In this document: piece by piece, positions 52,553 to 64,000 of the stretch
How the letters are laid out: each line of letters opens with the position of its first letter
Position numbering within the stretch: position 1 is the stretch's first letter
Source of the DNA: Eledone cirrhosa
Lineage: Eukaryota
Length of the DNA: 64,000 nucleotides
Direction of reading: 5' to 3'
NCBI GenBank assembly: GCA_964016885.1
Contig: OZ024750.1
Span: 36,456,001-36,520,000, forward strand
The notes under the pieces: generated by a model
What the model saw: only the letters and a program-made list of their open reading frames with translations
Databases searched by the model: none
What the model was told of the DNA's origin: nothing
Made by a program: the position numbers and the translations under genes

Positions 52553-53615
52553 TTAAACTTTATGATAATTAGCTTTGATAATTATTGTGATAATGATGAT
52601 TATTGTGATGATGATGATCATCATCATCAAACAAAAGAAAATGATCATATACATTATCATTAAAAATCAATATTATTAATGTAAGAAGCCATTTATAATT
52701 AGAATAATAATTTGCTACATTAAAATAATTGTTGCCACATTAAAATAATGATGAATAAATATAATAATTTTTTTTTTTTTCCAATGTATGTAGAAGCCAA
52801 TAAATCTATTGGGATTTTAAAATGAGACATTACAATGACCACGATTTAGCAGCACAAGAGAATTAGTGACATAATAGAAAAGAAATGGCTTCAAACAAAA
52901 TTGAAAGTGAGGATATGAGGTCAGCTTTCCAGAAACTTAACTATATAGAATTCACCATCATAAAGTAGATAATTATAATAATTATAAACTAATAATGACA
53001 GCATTATCATTGTTGTTAGAATTCTCAATGGTGAAGCAGTTTTCCAGACATTTTTGGTGGTTTATTTATTCTTTATATTGCAGACAATTAATTCTATTAT
53101 AAGGCTTATTGACTAAATTGAAGAAATTCTATGAAAGGCTTTTAAATAAAAAGTATTTAAACAAAATGATGAAGCAAAAGAGTTCAGTAGAGGGCAAAGG
53201 CATAAAATAAGATAAAATATTTATTATTACTTTAACCTTTTTATGATCAAATCTCAGAGGAATTACAGTGCCTTTATGTTTCGATAGATTTTGAAAATAA
53301 TCAAGACATTTTTAGGACTTTGTAAAAATATCTAACTTTGTTATTATGAAGCTGGTGTTTTGAATAGAACTTAAGTAAAACTATGTTATAAAATAGCGAT
53401 AGAATATTTTAAGTTTAAATATAAATAATCTAAATTTGTATCATAGATTAGAAACAGTTTCAGAAAATTGGTGGCAAGAGGGTTATGCTTTATTCCCTAG
53501 CAACCTAAGAAAAATTACATACTTCTAAAGAAAATATCAAATCCATTTTAACTTTATAATATACAGGGAACATTTTAATTCAGCAAAATATCTGAGAATA
53601 TCAAATGTAGAAAAC

Positions 53616-53989
53616 TTAACCCTTTAGCATTTAAACCATCAATATCCGACTAGAATTCTCTCACCTCTTTCTGTTCAAACCAGCCATACCTGGACACACA
53701 TACTAATCTTAAGGTATTGTTCTAAAAATAAATAACATCAAAATCTTGTAGCTTTGATATTATGTGAGATAATTATGTGAGGTAAATCCTTTACTGTGAA
53801 AATACAATAGTAAATATAAAGTAATATAAAGTAATTGTTTCTACTTTAGGCACAAGGCCAGCAATTACCCAGTACATTACTGGTACTTTATTTTATCGAC
53901 CCCGTAAGGATGAAAGGCAAAGTCAACCTCGGCGGGATTTGAACTTATGGGGTCGATAAAATAAAGTAATGTACATGTTAAAGGGTTAA
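53616..53989. mobile_element. piggyBac-type MITE interrupted by a Nin-domain SINE
   Basis: ttaa-ccctttagcattta ... atgttaaaggg-ttaa, with family B sequence at ~53832-53965. Confidence 0.72.
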
Positions 53990-54249
53990 AATTATTTTAT
54001 CGAAACAGGTTAAGCAAATTGAAAATTTGTAGTTAGTTGAATTAAAATCATTGAAAATATCTATTGAGCTGGTGTATTTTATGATGTAATATATACATGT
54101 GATAGTTAGAAATTGTTAAAAGTTCCTTTCCGTGGATATATTTATCACTAAAAAAAAGCAAATATAGAACATATAAAAATAGATTATTTTATTTTCGTCT
54201 TCATTTTTCTTCCAAATCAAAAATGTTTGCATTAGAATCAATTCTTTTT

Positions 54250-55532
54250 TACGGGGTCGATAAAATAAAGTACCAGTAATGCACTGGATTATTGCTGGCC
54301 TTGTGCCAAAAGTAGAAACAATTATAATTAGGGCAGTGGATTGGCAGTATCAGTAGAGCATCGGACACCATTCTTTTTGCAGCATAGAGTTACGGCCATT
54401 TACGTTCTGAGTTCAAATCCCGCCGAGGTTAACTTTGCGTTTCATCCTTACGTGTTTAATAAAATAAAGTACCAGTAATGCACTGGGATAATTGCTGGCC
54501 TTGTGCCAAAAGTAGAAACAATTATTATTATTATTTTGAGGGCAGTGGATTGGCAGTATCGGTAGAGCATTGGACTCTTTGATTTGCGGCATAGAGTTAC
54601 GGCCCTTTGCGTTCCGAGTTCAAATCCTGCCAAGGTTAGCTTTGCCTTTCGTCCTTATGGGGTCGATAAAATAAAGTAGCAGTCACGCACTGGGGTTGAT
54701 TTAATCGATTTTCTCCTCCCCCCCCCAAAAAAAAATTGCTGGCCTCGTGCCTAAAATTGGTAGAGGGTTGGACGGCATGCTTTGCAGCATAGAGTTACGA
54801 CCCCTTATGGTCTGAGTTTGAATCTCGCTGAGGTTAACTTTACTTTTCATTCTTACGGGTTCGATAAAATAAAGCACCTGTGATGCACTGGGATAATTAG
54901 TGGCCTTGTGCCTAAAGTAGAAACAATTATTATTATTATTATTATTATTATTTTTATTGGTGGATTGGCAGTATCGGTAGAGGGTCGGATGCCATGCTTT
55001 GACGCATAGTGTTACAGCCCTTGCCATTCTGAGTTCAAATCCCGCCGAGGCTAACTTTGCCTTTCATCCTTACGGGGTCGATAAAATAAAGTACCAGTAA
55101 TGTACTTGGTATGTGCTGGCCTTGTGCCAAAAAGTAGAAACAATTATTATTATTATGGGGGGGGGGGGGGCATTGACACAGCCAACACGTGTTTCAACAA
55201 CAACAACAGTGTGTAACTACACCAGCAGCAGCATCAACAGCAGTGAAAATGACAGCAGGAGCAGTAACAGCTGCACCAACAGCAGCAGTGATAATAACAC
55301 CAATAACTACAGCAGCAGCACCAATAGGTGGATTGGCAGTATCAGTAGAGGGTCGGACGCCATGCTTTCCAGCATAGTTACGTCCCTTTACGATCTGAGT
55401 TCAAATCCCGCCGAGGTTGACTTTGCCTTTCATCCCTACGGGGTCGATAAAATAAAGTACCAGTAATGTACTGGTGAATTGCTGGCCTTGTGCCAAAAAG
55501 TAGAAACAATTATTATTATTATTATTATTATT
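54250..55532 (+). mobile_element. head-to-tail array of about 6 Nin-domain SINEs
   Basis: Repeated gtggattggcagtatc...gtagaaacaattatt units. Confidence 0.85.
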
Positions 55533-55948
55533 GCTTTTTAAGTAAGAGAAGAAATAGATTTTTCGCTTTTTCAGATTTTTAAATAGTCTTTATTTGATTT
55601 TTTTCTCCCTTTGTAACACATTATCAAATAGCTTCAATCTATTTTGTTGAGTGCAACAAAAGGAAAAGAAGTTTAAAAATCAATGAGTATAGCAGCTAAA
55701 GTAAGGAATACTGAAATAAAGAGCAAGCAGAAGAAACAGAGAAGAACCATGTAGTACAAAATCTTGTCATAAGCCAGTTGATTAGTCAGGCATGAGTAGA
55801 TTAGGCTTGTTTACACTTCTTCTATTCAATGCAATATATATTACAAAGAGCTTACCAGGAATAAACAAATGACCAGAAGAATAAACAACAACAACAACAG
55901 CAACATAGAACAAATATAGAAATAAAATACATATAATTGTGTGTGTGC

Positions 55949-55982
<34 letters not shown>

Positions 55983-56084
55983 TTTAATAAATGAACAGAG
56001 AACAAAAAACAGAGAGGCAGTACAAATGATATGGTTTTTAGTTTCACGCTTGAGAGTGGGGGGTGGGGGACGACAATTCGGGCA

Positions 56085-56260
56085 GAATTCTAGGAGAAGG
56101 AAAACTCTGATATAACACCTGCAACTCTGATGGTATCCAATGATGTTGACTTGTTCTTCTTTTTGGTAAATATCATCTTGGTTAAGAGAGTGGGACTGGC
56201 TTTGTGCAGTGCCTTTGCTCACTATAAAAGCTTCACGGCACAGGCATTGCTTTATATCTG
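56085..56260 (+). mobile_element. diverged RTE 5'UTR fragment related to the 26413-30299 element
   Basis: ggagaaggaaaactctga...atccaatgatgttgac...agagagtgggactgg...gcacaggcattgctt parallels the minus-strand 5'UTR at ~29890-30055. Confidence 0.55.
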
Positions 56261-56495
56261 GGGATCTCTCTGCACTTGTCGTCACATGGTACCAAGAGCC
56301 TAGCACTATGTGTCAATAATTGTCACAAGTGTAATGTTTGTACCAGAGTTTTCAAGTCGCTGGCTGGACTAAAAAGTCACACTCGTTCAGCGCATCGGTA
56401 GGGGTTCTCCTACATGGATATAAAGTAGTGGCCGTACTCGAAAACGAGTTGGCAGCCACCATATATATATGTATATGTATATATATATATGTATT

Positions 56496-56526
<31 letters not shown>

Positions 56527-56529
56527 ATA

Positions 56530-58046
56530 TGAAGGTGCATGGCTTCGTGGTTAGAGCATTGGCCTTGCAATCGAAAGGTAGTTCAATTCTCAGACCAGGT
56601 GATGTGTTGTTTCCTTGAGCAAGTCACTTTATTTCACATTGCTCCAGTTTACTCAGCTGTAGAAAATGAGATGTTAGGGACTGGGGTCCCTATCATTCCA
56701 CTGCAAAGTGGTCATGGAGGTGCCACGGCAATAAAAGCACCCAGCACTCACTGTAAATGAGGTTGGTGTTAGGCAGGGCTTCCAGCTGTAGAAATCACGC
56801 CAGAATCAGTTCCCGTATGAGCAAGACAGGGTCAGCCGACTGGACACAACAGGACAACCCGTCTAACCCATGCTAGCGTGGTAGAACGGACGTAAAACAG
56901 TGATGATGATGATATATGTATATATATAATTGTTTCTATTTTAGGCACAAGGCCAGCAATTACCCAGTACATTACTGGTACTTTATTTTATCGATCCCGT
57001 AAGGATGAAAGGCAAAGTTAACCTTGGCGGGATTTGAACTCAGATCATAAAGGGACGTAACTCTATGATTCAAAGCATGGTGTCCGACTCTCTACCGATA
57101 CTGCCAATCTTCCGCATATATATAATGGTTTTTCTCTAAACCTGTGCGTTGTGTGCAGAAGACTTGTGTAGATTAGAAAGAAACGAAGCTTGCATACTCC
57201 AATGGATGTGTAATAGTAATGTACACGAACGGCAAATCATAAACAAATTGAGAGAGAGATTAAGCATAAGAGGTATCAAATGTTGTGTGCAGGAGAGAAG
57301 ATTGCTTTGGTACGGACATGTGATACATATGAAGGACAACAGCTGTATTAAAAAGTGCAGAGTGATGAAAATTGATGGAAGCTATGGAGTGAGTAGACCA
57401 AGAAAAACCTGGGACTAGGTGATAAGAACTGACCTTGCTCACTTACACCTCTCTAAGATAATTGTTTCTACTTTTGGCACAAGGCCAGAAATTATCCCAG
57501 TGTATTACTGGTACTTTATTTTATCGACCCCGTAAGGATGAAAAGCAAAGTTAACCTCGACGGGATTTGAACTCATGCCGCAAAGGGCCGTAACTCTTTG
57601 CTGCAAAGCATGGCGTCAGACCGTCTACCGATACTGCCAAATGCCACTGGATCAAGATCTTTGGCGCTATGCAGTTATACAGAAGACCCACCTCCCCATG
57701 CATACAAACTTAAACCTACAGTCAGTAGGCACCTCTTAACCCAATATACACCCTACCTCACACACCCCTACTCCATGCTCCCATTTCCATCCATTATAAA
57801 GTAGTCATGTAGGTGACACAACAAAAAGACTCCCAGTCCACACTGTAAAGTGGTCGTGTAGGAGACACGGTAAAAAGACTCCCACTCCACACTATAAATG
57901 TGGTTGGTATTAGGAAGGGCATCCAACCATAGTAAAACCTGCCAGAAACAGTTTTGTATGAGCAAGACATGGTCTCCCAACCAATCTCGCCTCAAAACTG
58001 TTCAACCCATGCTAGCGTGGCAGATGGACATTAAACGATGATGATG
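56530..58046. mobile_element. SINE A (56530-56912 +), SINE B (56928-57114 -), and an RTE 3' fragment (57140-58046 +) interrupted by SINE B (57460-57640 -)
   Basis: CAEDLCRLERNEAC...RRLLWYGHV...RPRKTWD. The RTE 3'UTR resumes after the SINE and ends in a (GAT)n tail. Confidence 0.82.
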
Positions 58047-58637
58047 ATATATATATATATTGTTATCCTTTGGGAGAGTCATGCTGCCAATAAAAACACA
58101 TGCACCAGTTCATTTTCACTTCAGCTTCATTATTAAAGTAATTAATCCATCCATTGGTTCGTTTAGTAATCATGTGATTATTTAATTGTCAAAGTTCTTT
58201 CGTCACACATCCTGTGACCTGTTCAATGATTATGTGGGTAGCATCTTTCTCTGTGGGAGCCGGGCTACTGACTGCGAGATTCTTATCTTCACTGGCAGCT
58301 CACATAAGATGTAACTGGTGATGCTCGTGAGGGCACTTTCTTGCCCCAGTGCATCACCCTCACCATTACCCGAACGTGCTGGCTTGCCTCAAAAATTATT
58401 AGAGGTTTCCCAGTGCTCCTCGCGATATTGTTTCTTTTGCTCTGGTAGCAATTTGTTTGTCTACCCCATCGCCTTCCTTTTGTTTATGTGATCTTCCTAG
58501 ATGTATGTATTACCTGCTTATGTTTTACCTTCTTCTCTTTTACCTTCTTCTCTTTCTTTTTTGTTTTTCCTTTCCCTTTCCTTTATATTATAATTATTTG
58601 TGCTTTCTTTCTGTAAGCATTGTATTATTATATTTTT

Positions 58638-59050
58638 TGGCAGTGGATTGGCAGTATCAGTAGAGGGTCGGACACCATGCTTTCCAGCATAGTTACGTCG
58701 CTTTACGATCTGAGTTCAAATCCCGCCGAGGTTGACTTTGCCTTTCATCCTTACGGGGTCGATAAAATAAAGTACCAGTAATGCACTGGGTAATTTGCTG
58801 GCCTTGTGCCTAAAGTAGAAACAATTATTATATTTTTTGGCAATATCAGTAGGGCATCAGACACCATGCTTTGCAAGCATAGAGTTATGGCCCTTTATGT
58901 TCTGAGTTCAAATCCCGTCGAGGTTAGCTTTGCCTTTCATCCTTACGGGGTTGATAAAATAAAGTACCAGTAATGCATTGGGGTTGTTTTAATCAACTTT
59001 CCTCTCCCCTTCAAATTGCTGGCCTTGTGCCTGAAGTAGAAACAATTATT
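58638..59050 (+). mobile_element. two tandem Nin-domain SINEs
   Basis: Family B motifs. Confidence 0.85.
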
Positions 59051-59276
59051 ATATTTCTTTTTATACAACTGTGAATAAATATTTATTTTCTGTCTTTCAT
59101 TTTGATGATATCAAAGTCTTGTCTTTTTCTCTACTTACTAAAAACTTTGGTCTTTCTAAATTTACTCTGAATCCAGATTTTGTTTCCTTCTTTAGAGTTT
59201 TCCCTCTAACTTTCTCTATTATCATCAGCAGAAACATTGGTTTCGGGATCTGCTTTTCCATGGTAGCATTGGTTAG

Positions 59277-61083
59277 ACACATGCACACACATTCACACAT
59301 GCACACACACACACAAATACACTCACCCACACACATTCACTCACTCACACACACGCAATCACTCTCAGACACACATATACACTACATATTCACACACACA
59401 CGCATTCACTCAGACACACATATACACTACATATTCACACACACATGCATTCACTCACACAGCACACATATACACTACATATTCACACACAGACACACAC
59501 ATTCACTCACTCACACACATTCAGACACTCACAGGCACACATATACACTACATATTCACACACACACACACACACACATTCACTCACTCACACACACGCA
59601 TTCACTCACAGACACACATATACACTACATATTCACACACACAGACACACACACATTCACTCACTCACACACACGCATTCACTCCCAGACACACAAATAC
59701 ACTACATATTCACACACACACATGCATTCACTCACAGACACACATATACACTACATATTCACACACACAGACACACACAGACACACACATTCACTCACTT
59801 ACACACACACATTCACTCACAGACACACATATACACTACATATTCACACACTCAGACACACACATTCACTCACTCACACACACGCACTCACTCACAGACA
59901 CACATATACACTACATATTCACACACACAGACACACACATTCACTCACTCACACACACGCACTCACTCACAGACACACATATACACTAGATTCACACACA
60001 CACACACGCATTCACTCACTCACACACACACGCATTCACTCACTCACACACATGCATTCACTCACAGACACACATATAGACTACATATTCACACACACAC
60101 ACACACATTCACTCACTCACACACACGCACTCACTCACAGACGCACATATACACTACATATTCTCACACACAGACACACACATTCACTCACTCACACACA
60201 CACACACACACACATATACACTACATATTCACACACACAGACACACACATTCACTCACTCACACACACGCATTCACTCACAGACACACATATACACTACA
60301 TATTCACACACTCAGACACACACATTCACTCACTCACACACATATATACTAGATTCACACACACACACACACACATTCACTCACAGACACACATATACAC
60401 TACATATTCACACACACATTCACTCACTCACATACACGCACTCACTCACAAACACACATATACACTACATATTCACACACACATTCACTCACACACACGT
60501 ATTCACTCACAGACACACATATACACTACATATTCACACATACAGACACACATTCACTAAATCACACACACACACACATTCACTCACTCACACACACACA
60601 CACATTCACTCACAGACACACATATACACTACATATTCACACACTCAGACACACACATTCACTCACTCACACACACGCATTCACTCACAGACACACATAT
60701 ACACTACATATTCACACACTCAGACACACACATTCACTCACTCACACACACGCATTCACTCACAGACACACATATACACTACATATTCACACACTCAGAC
60801 ACACACAGTCACTCACTCACACACACGCACTCACTCACAGACACACATATACACTACATATTCACACACACAGACACACACATTCACACACATTCACTCA
60901 CTCACACACACGCACTCACTCACAGACACACATATACACTACATATTCACACACACAGACACACACATTCACACACATTCACTCACACACACTCACTCAC
61001 AGACACACATATACACTACATATTCACACACTAAGACACACACATTCACTCACTCACACACATTCAGACACATACACTCACAT
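59277..61083. repeat. CA-rich minisatellite (variable unit, roughly 60-75 bp)
   Basis: cattcactcactcacacacacgcattcactcacagacacacatatacactacatattcacacac repeated. Source of the spurious 681-aa ORF. Confidence 0.95.
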
Positions 61084-61126
61084 ATCATTTTTGTCTTCTT
61101 TTTGATGCCTGCATAGATTGAATATT

Positions 61127-61947
61127 GTGTGTGTGAATGTCCACCTATATATGTATGTGTGTGTGTGTGTGAATGTCCACCTATATATGTGTGTGTGTGT
61201 GTGTGTATATATACCTATATATGTGTGTGTGTGTGTGAATATTTACCTATATATATGTGTGTGTGAATGTTTACCTATATATATGTGTGTGTGAATGTTT
61301 ACCTATATATATGTGTGTGTGTGTGAATGTTTACCTATATATATGTGTGTGTGAATGTCTCCCTACATATGTGTGTGTGTGTGTGTGAATGTCTACCTAT
61401 ATATGTGTGTGTGTGTGAATGTCTACCTATATATATGTGTGTGTGTGTGTGTGAATGTCTACATACATATATGTGTGTGTGAATATTTACCTATATATGT
61501 GTGTGTATGTGCGTGTGAATATCTACCTACATATGTGTGTGTATGGGAATGTATACCTATATGTGTGTGTGTGTGTGTGTGTGTGAATATCTACCTGTAT
61601 ATATGTGTGTGTGTGTGAATATCTACCTACATATGTATGTGTGTGTGTCTGTGTGAATGTCTACCTGTATATGTGTGTGTGTGTGAATGTCTACCTATAT
61701 ATATGTGTGTGTGAATGTCTACCTACATATGTGTGTGTGTGAATGTCTACCTACATATGTGTGTGTGTGTGTGTGTGTGTGGATGTCTACCTATATATAT
61801 GTGTGTGTGTGAATATCGAACTACATGTGTGTGTGTGTGTGAATATCTACCTACATATATGTGTGTGTGAATGTCTATCTACTTGTGTGTGTGTGTGTGT
61901 GTGTGTGAATGTCTACCTACATATGTGTGTGTATGTGAATGTATACC

Positions 61948-61985
<38 letters not shown>

Positions 61986-62430
61986 TCTACCTACATATGT
62001 GTGTGTATGTGAATGTATACCTATATATGTGTGTGTGTGTGTCTGTGTGAATGTCTACCTGTATATGTGTGTGTGTGTGTGTGAATATCTACCTACATAT
62101 ATGTGTGTGTGAATGTCTATCTACTTATGTGTGTGTGTGTGTGTGTGTGAATGTCTACCTACATATGTGTGTGTGTGAATATCTACCTATATATATGTGT
62201 GAGTGTGTGTGTGTGAGAGAATGTCTACCTACATATGTGTGTGTGTGTGTGTGTGAATATCTACCTACATATGTGTGTGTGAATGTCTACCTATATATGT
62301 GTGTGTGTGCGTGTGTGTGAATATTTACCTATATATATGTGTGTGTGTGTGTGTGAATGTCTACCTATATCTGTGTGTTTGTGTGTGTGTGTGCGAATAT
62401 ATACCTACATATGTGTGTGAGAATGTCTAC

Positions 62431-62463
<33 letters not shown>

Positions 62464-62545
62464 AATGTCTACCTATATATATATGTGTGTGTGTGTGAAT
62501 GTCTACCTATATATATATATGTGTATGTGTGTGAGAATGTCTACC

Positions 62546-62589
<44 letters not shown>

Positions 62590-62633
62590 TCTACCTATAT
62601 ATATATGTGTGTGTGTGTGAGAATGTCTACCTA
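61127..62633. repeat. GT-rich minisatellite (~30 bp variable unit)
   Basis: (gt)n-gaatgtctacctatatat repeated. Confidence 0.95.
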
Positions 62634-64000
62634 GTTATGCAGATCTCTGACAGTTCCAATAACAAGTGTACCAGTCATTTAATCAACAGACAGTAGCCTG
62701 CTTAGGAAAATAATATGTAAGTGGCTGAATATTCCAGACACGTGTACTCTTCCTTAATAGTGTTCACAGGGAGATTCAGCATAACTGAATGTGTTACAAA
62801 ACTGGCCCTTTGAATTACAGGTACAACTCATTTTTTTTTCTTGATGGACTGGAGCAACATAGGGCCTGGAAAGAAACAATGCAGTTATTAATAAATGTTG
62901 AAATTAATGCATGCACGATTTCACAGCTCTAGCATCAATCCTTTATAGTCAGCCTGTACAGTTGATTCTCATATGTTTTTCGTTATATCACTACCACCAT
63001 CACTTAACACAAGATCAAAGTTGAGTTTAAATAGAAACTTATATTATTAGTAGAATATAGATGTATAACATCACATATATAGCAGACATGCGATAGCATA
63101 AATGCTAGAGTTGTTATGATCAACCGAAAGTCTCCCAAAGGAGATATCATGGCATGTCTAGTGTTCAATGACTGAAACTAGTAAAAGAATAAATGAATAT
63201 TAAATAAAACATCCGTTTAGGCATTGCACTAAATATATTCCATACTGAACTGCTGCTCTAATCTCATTTTATTTCCTCATATTACTATGTAAATGTGACT
63301 ATGTCAATGTTTCTAGTTCATTCTCTTCAAATATTATCTTTTAACAACAAAACCACAAAATCCAGTAAAAATTGTTGTTTAAATAAGTCAGTTATCTAAA
63401 TAAAACTCAATGAAGAAAATGTATTCTTTGACTAAGAAGTAAAATGCAAGAAGAAGGAAACAATAAATACTATTTGCATGAAGCAACATTCTATGTTTTG
63501 CACTTGCTGAATAGTTAAAAGCTAAAAATCAAAAGTAGTTTTTTTTTTTTTCTCTTGATCATAGCTATATCAAATTTATAACTATTTTTATATCTTTGCA
63601 TTATAGATTCTCTGATTTATATTTTAAACTAGTTGCCCTTTTATTTATATCTAAAAAGCTATGGTTTTTGTGCATAACAGGAATGAAATGAAGAGAAAGC
63701 ATATGTAAAAATGAAAGGAATAAAATAAATATCTGCTGCTGAGGAGGAATATAGAATGAAATGTAGGATTTATAAAATGAAAGAAAATTAAAACATTTTT
63801 AGTATATCTATAAAGTCAACTTTATCAATAGAAATTGCCTGCGTTTGATTTTACAAAGAACTTATAAAAAGTCAGTATCTGTCATAAATGTGTAATATAC
63901 ATAGCACTAGGTATTTCATATCTCTACTATTTCAAGTATAGTTGAAACATGTTGATATATATATATTTGGTATAGGAATTAATGCCTGACAGGGAAGCTT

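Noticed and set aside
59071-61116. 681-aa His/Thr-rich ORF (and the overlapping 371-aa ORF)
   Set aside because: Translation of a CA-rich minisatellite that simply lacks stop codons; no domain content.

Overview
AT-rich, repeat-saturated eukaryotic DNA, most likely intronic or intergenic sequence of an octopus or other coleoid cephalopod. The taxon is inferred from the tRNA-derived CORE/V-like and Nin/Deu-domain SINEs, the RTE LINEs and the microsatellite load. No host protein-coding exon can be supported, and nearly all long ORFs are transposon remnants or low-complexity artefacts. Contents: several RTE-clade LINE families (one near full length, one with a PHD finger inside the RT domain), a CR1-like LINE, a Tx1/L1-like LINE abutting a decayed Helitron RepHel gene, piggyBac-type (TTAA) and mariner-type (TA) MITEs, dozens of SINEs, and satellites. 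The most notable signal is absent from the ORF track: six sequence-distinct type I hammerhead ribozyme folds with complete CUGANGA/GAAA cores, plus decayed copies. They lie in segments bordered by (TA)n tracts, often in inverted-repeat arrangements and usually just upstream of AATAAA. A Penelope-like (GIY-YIG) ORF remnant lies next to one of them. A candidate HDV-like ribozyme marks the 5' end of the long RTE. All assignments come from reading motifs by eye; no searches were run.
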